The notes under the pieces are model-generated. The model did not search any database, had not been told where the DNA came from, and saw only the letters and a list, made by a program, of their open reading frames with translations. A stretch of 58,152 nt of DNA, filler included, from Platydemus manokwari (taxonomy: Eukaryota), in assembly GCA_037951405.1 (NCBI GenBank). It is 5 parts of 5 records of this genome, joined end to end, with 100 filler letters (N's around TTAATTAATTAA, not from the genome) between each part and the next. Parts side by side here need not be neighbours in the genome. Positions count along the whole stretch, not along the records: positions 1 to 13,680 come from JBBMOY011646958.1; 4 more parts are not named here. The stretch is one strand, 5' to 3'. The position numbers and the translations under genes are program-made. Every line of letters starts with the position of its first letter. The first letter of the stretch is position 1. Of this stretch, positions 1-10,600 are shown in pieces.

Positions 1-1483
1 TGAGTAAAATATAATAATATTTCGATAAGCATAAATGTAAACATACTATTCTGGAATTAGTAAAAATAATAAATTTTTTATATACTTTTTATTATTAAAA
101 AATTCTGTAAGTATAAATAAATTTGACGACCAGTGTACCAACGATTTCAGTACAGTCACGAACCCTTATTGACAAATATTTTTAATTCAGACTTGACCGA
201 ATATAACTTCAAGACACATGGTTGATCATATAAAATGATCAATATATTCACATCATTGAATGAGTAGAATAAAAAGAATGTTCAAAGATCGAAATTAAAC
301 TAGATTTCTCACTTGTATTGACAAATTGAAATAAGAAACATACAAATAAAAACTGATTGGATTAAACTCTACAAAACAATCCGATTATATTAGATGTTTG
401 ATGGTGAATCAGTTTAAATTGGTTTATATTTTAAAGTAAAAATCAATAAATGTAAATTATGGAACAAATTTAATATTACACCTAGAAAATAAAAATTCTT
501 TGTATAAATACGCTAAGTGAAGTAATTGATTTCAATTTGATTAGTGGATTATCAAAAACTGAATAATTTCATTAGATTGACAAATGTTATTAAAAATAAA
601 AATGAATAAAGAAATAATTTTATTCAAATATCGCATAGCAAAGCATTTTGAGAAATAAAAGATAAATCTCAAATTACAGATAATTTCACATAAAATTTGA
701 GAATTAGAATTTCATAGATGCTTGCATATAATTATTATCAATAACAAAGTTGAGAAGGAAACTGCCCTCAAATTTACCTATAGTATCCCTAGCAATAAAA
801 CAGATGAAGCCTTGTATGGATTTTATCAGATAATATATCACAAACAAGACGAAATATATCCACTGGATAATGTTCTCACGTGTGGATCTTAGCGAACACT
901 GGTAGCATGTACAGGATCGCTTATGTGTTACTTATAAAATGTCACGTAGTACCCCAAGTCGGAAAATGCAGGATAGGCGGGGCTTCTGGATCTGCACTCG
1001 AGCAGCTATCATGAACCATTATAAAATATTTTGATTCAATTGGTAATATTTATAGATGACAATTATCTATCGCGTGCTTTATTAATTGTTTTTCTTTATC
1101 CCATCTTTAGTGATTTGATTTAATATATTTAGTTTCATATTGCAGTGAATACAAATAATCCCATCTATTTAACTTATATATTTAACTTTTATTAAAAAAT
1201 TTTATCCCATTGTGCCCTGGAATAATATAATAACATTAAAATAAATGACTTAATCATTGTAGTAATCAAATATAAGAGTATAAGTTTAATCCAATATCCA
1301 TGAAAATGTTTATAATTAATCAAATTGTTCGTTAAGAAAGACGGATTTTAATCACAGGCGAAGAACAAAAAATAAACCAAACTAGATGAAAAATAATCCA
1401 AACAGCAAGAAGCACAATACGAACAAGAAATACGGAACCCAGAATTCAGAGGAAGCAGCTTTTTCAATGAAAACAATATTAAT

Positions 1484-1664
1484 CATTGTGAGCATTTTAA
1501 ATTGAATTAAAATTTTTATAGATCGAATTTTATATAAAATTTAGTTTAATATAAAATTTAATTGTGCATAAATTTTTTTTTATAAATCAAATTTATTTGT
1601 TTAAATAATTGTATTAATAATTAAATATAATTGGATGTCGTGATTTTTCAGTTCGTTTTCAATG
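1484..1664 (+). repeat. Copy 1 (longest) of a GT...TTTTCAGTTCGTTTTC element family
   Basis: Starts CATTGTGAG. Invariant TTTTCAGTTCGTTTTCAAT at 1645-1663. Its first ~60 nt align with copy 3 and its 3' half with copy 2. Confidence 0.85.
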
Positions 1665-4211
1665 AATGATTTTTATGGTTTTTTTTTCAACGAAACACGA
1701 ATGAGTTTATGAGTTGACCTATTGGAATAATATTTAATTGATCTTAAGAATTATTTAAATTAATATTTTTTTCCTTATTTTTTTTAATAACGGTTTCTTT
1801 TGTAGATTGTCTTTACTTTAAAATTATTGCTCTTCATAACTGTATGAAAATATTAATGTTCATTTTTGTATCACAAAAAACTATTTATCATTCATCTAAT
1901 CGTGTTGACATTGTTAGATTCCACCTGCTGTTGTTGTTTATTTTCTTAATCTCTTAGATTTCCAACATTGTTTTCTTCGAATCTCAGTTTTCCATATGTC
2001 TACAATAAAATTTCAAACGTTTTTTTGTTATCAAATATTTTTCGCTTCGTGGAATTTAGCTAATTTATTAGGAGGAAATTTTTTTAACAGTTTCTTCTAC
2101 AGTATTTAATTGGCCTGTCGCTTTCAATTTTCGACTTGATTGATTGAATTATCTTTATTTCTTCAATGTTCACTGGATGATAAATTTTTTCTATTAAATT
2201 ATAATTCTTCTGTTTGTCCGAGAATTAACTGGAAATATCTTAAATAAAATCGAATTTGTTTGTTTTAAAATATTAAAATAATGTATTTAAGATTGTTAAT
2301 ATTGTTTGGTTTTTACCGGGTATTTGAGTTTAGAAGGATTTATATCGTCAAAGTAAAATAGCATTAATATTTATAGTGTGCCTGACTTCAAAGGCTCAGT
2401 AGTAGACACAACGGAAAATAATTTAAATATAAATAAAGGAATGATGATAAATAAAAATATAATTATGAAATCAAATATCGTACAAGTAATAGTCACCAAA
2501 GTATCAATTTACAAATACCAAATAAAACGACGATTGAATAAACGATAATTATTTGATAACAAATAACCATGTTTTTAGTTAAATTTTTAATTAGAGGTTA
2601 TTATTTTGTATATTATTTGAATAGTCCCTTGTGCGGAGAGCTCGAAAGGTTCTCGATTTTTCATCTATGATAGTTGGAACTTATGAAATCCATCTACTAT
2701 ACAGTAAAGAGAATGGAAATTTATTAACTTTAGGTGATTACATGATTAGTAATTCAACACAGTAGTCCAACACACTTTTAAAATAATTGAAAAAATGATT
2801 ATTGTAGAATACATTAAAATAAAGAAATTTTAAATTACTGTGCAGAACGATTGATTTTTGTAAATAAACGCGCTTTTCTCCTTTTGATTTATAATTGGTT
2901 TTATATAGCAGCTTCTGGTTGACATAGTAGTATTGGGGTAGTGAGACAACAATCATAAAATAATAAATTATAGCTTTACTTATAGAATTATAATGACTGG
3001 CGTTATTTATCAACTTTGTCTATAAAAACTGCGGGCGTTTTTTCTGAATAATGCTTTTCTTTTATAGTGATTCTTTTCCTATTTTTTAAGGAATTTTTTT
3101 TATATTTTATTATTAAATCCCCACACATTTTAGTTCTAATTTTAGTAACTTCTAATTATTTTTTTTCGATTATTGGTGTTGATAAATTCCATTTATATAA
3201 TTTCTTTTCGGCATCCACCATTATTTATTACTCTTATTGTTATGACATTAAGAATGTGTGATCAAAATCCAAGTGCAAAATGTCGTGGATTGTAGTCATG
3301 ATATGGAAATTATAAATTTTCTTTCGTCTAAATTTTTATATATCCAAGTATGTAAAAATAAGAAAATATGCTTTTTAAAACAAATATCTACACTTTTGGC
3401 AGCGATAAAGTCAATTGTGAAATAACTATTTGGACAATCGGAAAATGCATCTATAAGCAGTATATTTTTCTAGTGTATCTAATCATTACTGCAACAGTAT
3501 GATCAAATCATTGATAATTGTTGATGTCGATTAGTAGATAAATAATGGAAGCCGGCTTATTAGTGAACTACATATTTGTATTGCCAATCATTATGATAAT
3601 GGAGAGATTTTTATTTTATTTTCCATATTAAAATATAAAATATCAACCGCTAAGGATATGATTTTAAATCACGACAATTTTCAAAAATCAGTAGATGATT
3701 TAATCATCTTGATCTTTCGCAATGAAATTAAATCGTGAATGTTGTTTAAAAATAAATTATATATGTTTGTAAAATATGTTATTGGTTTTTGTTGAGATAT
3801 TTATCCACAATGACATTGAAGTTGATTAATGATAATAGCTCTACTCATTGGATGGGATAATTTATCATTTTAATAAACGAATACTCTATTAAAGTAATAT
3901 AAGTAATCAAAAATCAGAAATCTTTCTGCTATATCGACAATCCCTGATGAGCAGCTTACACAACAGAGACCAGATTTCAAACCATGTATCACTCGATAAA
4001 TTCTCTATTATTCATTGAATGTTGTTTTAATAAAGTCCAATTTGAAGTTTATTTGATTTGATTAATAAAAAATAAGAAATTTTGTCAAACAGACCTGATC
4101 TTTGATGAAGTGAATGCTGAAAAGTAAATAAATGACATAAGACAGAAAATTTAAATACTATTTTATTGTGGAAATTGAATGACAAAATTATACCATTTGT
4201 TGATGAACTAT

Positions 4212-4322
4212 TTGCATTGTGAGAATTTTCAAATCAGATTTTTATAAAGCATTTATTTGTTTGAATAATTGTGATTCAAATATAATTTGAAGTTATGGCT
4301 TTTCAGTTCGTTTTCAATGCAA
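4212..4322 (+). repeat. Copy 2 of the same element family (internally deleted)
   Basis: TTGCATTGTGAG start, invariant 19-mer at 4300-4318, flanks TTGCATTG/CAATGCAA are complementary. Confidence 0.85.
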
Positions 4323-4524
4323 TCTTTATTATAAATAGTAGAGCTAACATCCATTTTAATAAAATATTTACACCACAATGATCAATAGAAACAAAGATGA
4401 TTATTTGTCCTTTTTTTTTAATTATTTGAGATGATTTTATATATTTTCTTTTCACGCTATTATTAGCTCATTATAATTAAACACATAATATTTTATTAAA
4501 CATTATTTCGTTCATGTTATCATG

Positions 4525-4622
4525 ATTGTTATTATTAATATTATTACTATTTTATTATCATTATTATTAATAATTATTATTTTTATTATTTTATTATTAT
4601 TATTATTGTTATCATTATTATA
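4525..4622. repeat. Degenerate (ATT)n microsatellite
   Basis: Visible tandem ATT units with substitutions. Confidence 0.8.
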
Positions 4623-4695
4623 AAGACGAATTAATGATAATGATGTTTATAATAATAGATTAATATCGCTAATATATTATATATTTTTCATTTAG

Positions 4696-7600
4696 AACTT
4701 GAAGATATTCAAACTGAAATTTTGATTCAACTCGTTAAAAGTAATAATTCGATTGACGACGAAGTAATTCGTTTATTTCAAAACAAAAATTATTATTATT
4801 ATTATTATTAAATTATTATTTTTACTCATTTATAATCATAAGAATTGTTTTATTTAATATTTCAATTGAACGACTTAATTATTACATATGATTCTAGTAA
4901 CGATAAGAATAGTGATAAATTAATAAACAATAAAATAAAAATCTGCCAAATAAATGACTAGCCTATATTCAAGTCGATCATATCAGTTGTGATAATCGTC
5001 ATCTCTATGAAGCAACTCTATTTATCGTTATGTCATTGTATTGCCATGATATTATAAATATTTTTATCGAAAACCCGGTTACTTGTGTCATCATTTCTTG
5101 TTTGTATTTGATTAAGTTGATAATATTTATTTTTATTTGTTCTTTCAATAGCATAATTCTTTCTCTTCAATTTCCATAACCATCTGTACGTTCATCAATA
5201 AGTTTTTTCTTGATGATTTCTGTTCAAATATTATCTGTGAATGTATTTTCCTATCTTTGATGGATGTTTACATCAAATTATTGACTTTAATGTTTAATAA
5301 TATTTATTTGTTACGCATTTTTGAATAAATGTCAAATAATTCAAACAAAACGATTCTCAAACAAAATACGTAAGAATGTCTTTATGTTAAACAGTAGATT
5401 AAAACCATAAATGACAATGTTGAGACTGAACAGTTTGATTTGTGAATGAATAATTAATTATATGATTATTTATTAATTATTTCACCAGACCTCAATAATT
5501 TTTAGAAATTATCAAAATGAAGAAAACGACGCCAATCCAATTTATATTAATAATAATATGCTTCATTCCAGCAAATTATTATTTTCAAATCTTGTTTATA
5601 TTCACTGAATAAATTTCAAAAATATTAGCGATATTATTTTTTAGTCGAATATTGTGTTGGAATAATTAGAGGATTAGAAATGGGTTTTTTTAATTTATTC
5701 TGTCGGTTATTCTTTATTCGAGATAATATCGCAAAAACATAATTATTCCTTCATACATTGGTTCTATTAATAATATCGTTGCTGTATATTTGATTTATTA
5801 AATCAGTAGATGATATGTTTGTTTTAATCTCAACATAATACAATTATTATTATTATGATTTTATTAAAATTGTGATTTTTTAGTGTGGAAAATCTTCTTA
5901 AATTCAACATATTTATTAATCAAGTGTAAATAAATAATTTTATATCGCTTGAATTATATTTATCTGTGTAGGAAGCAGTTATTATTAAAAACACTCTTAT
6001 TATGTATCAATTGTCTTGTTTTCTAATATTAGATCGTCGATCTATTTCCATCCATACCTGATGATGTGAAAAGAAATGTTATCAATACTCTATTAATATA
6101 TTAGCCAGTACGTAAATAATTGCAGACATTGCTGTTTACATATTCATTATGAATTCAATCAATAAAATAATATTTTTTAATGAAATTTACAATTTTCAAG
6201 TTCTTTAATATTCATTCTATCAACAGTTGTTAAAATTTTTGATTCCAAATGAAATAAAAACTATTAGAATTCTCTTTGACACATCGCATTTCATAGAATG
6301 TCATTCATTCATATGACAGAATCAAATTTTAAACCAAATAATTGAATATCATATGTTGTCTCTAAAACACCCTGGATACGGACGATTATATTTATTTAAT
6401 AAATTGGTGTTTGTTACGAGTTATCATTTAGATGAATTGAACAGTGAAACTTTTGTTGGTGTGTGTGTGTGTGTGTGTTTAAGCAAAATATATTGTATTG
6501 CATTATACAATATCTGTAAATAATGATTTGTTCTAATAATTTGTATTGTATCATTAATTTGTTCACCTAGACTATGATTTAGTTTAAACAATATGATTAT
6601 GATTATGATTATGATTATGATTATGATTAATCGAATGTTTTCAGGCTGAATTGACTCTAAGAACATTGTTTATCCAACAGTTGTATCGTTACTTGAGAAT
6701 AAACATTAACAATGTAATTAAATCCATTATTGAATCCTATTATTAATTACTTGTAGACAGAAACTGTATCATATTATAGCTCTTCATTAATTATATCATT
6801 TTTCCATCGATTAGTTAACTTGATTCGCTATTTGTGGAAGGAAGCCATGATAAAATTTCCCGATCTTCCAATTTTTGAAGGTGATGTCGATTTCAATACA
6901 AATGATTTTTACAGTCAAGACATCTTTTCCAGACATATCCATACCGGTATCTCTTTATGCTATGCCATCGAGTAATTGTATTCAACTGAACTCATTACGA
7001 ATCAGTGGTCGATTGAATCAGTTGACAAAAACATTCAAAAGCGATCTGGATACTTTATTAAATAAGAATTTTAAAAAATCGGAAAAACGAAAATTTACAG
7101 GTTAGAAATTTTGATTATATGGAAGTCAAAGATTATTATTTTTGTAATTTAATTTGTTTTAATCGATGAAATAAATGATTGACAGTTTAATATTCAATTC
7201 CTTTTTTGTGAACATTGAAAACAGTGAGAAATAATAATTCACAATTAATGAGATGAGTTCTTGGTTTTGTCAGGAGATGATCCGACTTTGTTATATAGCA
7301 TTTTGGAATTATCCAGACGTCAAATGTTATCAATATTAGATTTTTAAGATTGCTTGATGCATACTAAACTGAAAAATATATCCATTCTATTATACCAGGG
7401 GTGGCCAACCGGTCTATCGCGATCGAGTGGTCGATCTTGAAGCCAATTTTAGTCGATGGCGTGAGATGTTATTCAAATGAAAAGTTGATCTTACGTACAC
7501 AAAAGTTGGCTACCTATGTATTATATGACCTAAATTAAGAATATATTTTTAAATGAAATTGTTGCACACACACACATATATATATACTTTATGTTTATGG

Positions 7601-10600
7601 GTTTCGATATCGATATTTGTATTTGATCCGACAATCAAGTCAGACTTTTGTTTATACTGTTTATATCTTTCATTATTTTGTTTATATTATTGAGCTTGTA
7701 ATAAATAATTCAAAATGTAATAGACCAACCGATAAATGATACGGTAATGAAGATATATGATCATAGTGGGCAAATAAATGACTCTGTGAGCCACATGGAA
7801 TTGGTCGTAATCAAGGCAAATGAAGTGATTCCATTGAATATGCCATATAGAAACAAAATTTCAAAAATTTTCATTAACAACGCAAATTTTATGCGATTAA
7901 AATGTTTATTTCATATTTTATTATTAAAGTATTAACAATTACAGTAGATTTTCGATCAACGTTTTATTGTTGTGAATAACATCCAATCATGTGATAAGAT
8001 CTGACACTGCTTAATTCATATTGTCAGAATTTTTAATTGAATTGAATTTTTTAAGATTTAATTTTATATATAATTTTGTGTCGTTTCTTTTCAGTTCGTT
8101 TTCAATTCATATTTTATAAAGTAATAGCGGCTTCTACATATTACATCATATTTATCTGTATCTGTTTTGTTAAACAAATGTATATTGTGGATATTTCTTT
8201 ACGAAATATGAATCAACAACCATATGGCTCTCTTTGATTCATGATTTGTGTTCTGGTTATCAGGCCTACAGATATTTTTGGAAATTCCCATTCCTGAATT
8301 GTATGAATCATTATTTTTGTCTACCTTTTCATTGTGCTATCTCTATAAAAGATATCATTTTATTAATTAAAATATTTATTTTAAATTGCTGTCAAAATTT
8401 CGTTATTCTGAGCTATAACATTGCATTTTTGGAGAAAAGAGGAGATTTTTATTTTATATTTTTTATGAAGAATATTCAATGTTAATAATAATTTAGAATT
8501 TCCGAAATTCTTTCTTGATTCAAAAAATAAAAAGCCAAAAATCCCCAACAAAATTCATGGTAATCATCGTCATTCATTTTTCTAATTCATATTTATCGAT
8601 TTATTTCCCATTTGTAGATATTGTCCTTGAAGAACGAAGTGTTGCAATATCTAATAACCCTTCCAAATCACAATCAGTTTCCAATTGTAAAATATCATCA
8701 TCACCATTAAAGGAAAATTCCACAACTTCAGAACTCATGACGTCGACAAGTTTTTTTAGTTTATTTCCTACTCATATTCGGGTTGAACCACTGTCTTTAT
8801 TTACTGGATTGAATCGATCTAACAATACCACAGATACTAGTGTTTCTAGTGATGAAAATATTTTTAGTTGCCAGTTGGAATTTGTACTTGGTGATCTTAC
8901 CAGTTGTCTTCAGTTGGTTGAAGCAGCAGATGTATTTTATTATATCAGTGCCAATGAACATCTGAACAAGGTAAAGAATATATATTTTTTTCAAATAGCT
9001 AATATATCATTTGAAATTTTTGTAGCTTTAAATGTAGTTTTTCATCTGGGATTTATTATAAAAATTTACATTTTCCTTTGCAATTTTTCATTAATTTGTA
9101 AACAAATCTAGTGAGTTGACTTATGGTCATGGCAATCATAAAACAATTTACTGAACAAGATTTTCATTGCTCAATTTTTGCTTATGATCTCACACACACA
9201 CATACACACACAATCTTCTAGAGTCTAGTAACTAGACTGTGAATGAATTATGAATATTAGTGGTGCAGATAATTCAATTATCGGAGTAGAAGTGTTTGTA
9301 GAATGGCATAAATCTTTCGAATTGGATTTTGAAATAATATTTGATCATTTGGGAGAATGAATTTAGATTGTTTTTTATATGGATAAAATGTCGATGCAAT
9401 CTCACTTGTTACATGATTTTCATTTCATATTTATACCGTGCAGATTCTCATAATATTTTAGCTTTAAAAGCTATTCAAGTTTTAAATGGCTTAGTTAATG
9501 AGCTAAATAATTGTGAGCTCTTTACGAGAATCTATATTTATCGATGATGTTTAATTTTATTTTTTGTTTATTGTGATTTTTTATAAAGTAAAATTTTTCT
9601 AATTTGACATGAAAAATTGAATCTAAAAATCATTGAAAAATTATCATTTTTGATTAGGATATAACAACATTTTGTTTATTCTATCATAAGCCTATCAACC
9701 AATTTGGAGATTCTTCATATTTTATTGGAAAATTAAATGCGTCAAACAAAATGATTGAAGAATTCTTGATTTAAAATAATACCAAAATTTGGTCAAATGA
9801 CAAAAATCGAATGAGAATTGGAATTAAAATTATTATATAATGTAGTTTAATAATTAGGAAATAACAATAGGAGAAATAATAATTTGAAAGCTGTAAATAT
9901 TGGAACAATAGAAACAGAAATAAATCATTATTGAGATAGATAATAATCATATATTTGAGCTTGAGAAATGAAGCTTGATGAATCCAATTACCATTATAAC
10001 ATAGTGTTGACAATTTGGAGGATCTTGTAAAGATTCTGCCCTCCAATAAAAATAATTAAAAAAATAAAAATAAATAATTTTTATTGATGAAAATCTCTTA
10101 ATTCCTTCTTAGTCCACACCATTTGTTGATGATAATGAGAACACAGCATCATTGATTTTAAAATACCTTTTGATTTAACAAATAAAATCAAATCGGTAAC
10201 ATCTGTATTTAAAAGGCGCCTTACCGTCTGTTCATAAAAAGTACCTGCACAGGCAAAATTTATTTCAAATAATTAAAAAATTTTAAAATAAATAATAATA
10301 AAAATGTAAATCAATTTAATAAATTATTCTATTAAATTTTTATTATAAGGTGTGATTTTATTTCCTTTTAAAATTACACTTGTAAAAGTCCAGCCCCTAT
10401 GGTGTAGAATTTACAGGAACCAGTTCTGAATATTGCAGAACATCCAATGGTAAAACAACATATTACTACTTTATCATTTCCACTATTAATGTTAGTCACT
10501 TCTTTGACTTCAAAATCTTTTAGACTCATGTTTGTTAACAGATATTATAATTTAAGAATAAAGCCTACATTGTTAAAACATAGAATGTCCCTATGACACC

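Noticed and set aside
718-3261. Candidate upstream RNF123 exons (718-813, 2625-2733, ORF 3067-3261)
   Set aside because: Open and partly splice-bounded, but no convincing match to recalled RNF123 sequence.
6424-6666. Poly-Ile/HT ORF
   Set aside because: Produced by microsatellites on the antisense strand of an intron.
1645-8106. Repeated 19-mer as a CRISPR array
   Set aside because: Eukaryotic context, kilobase irregular spacing, no cas genes.
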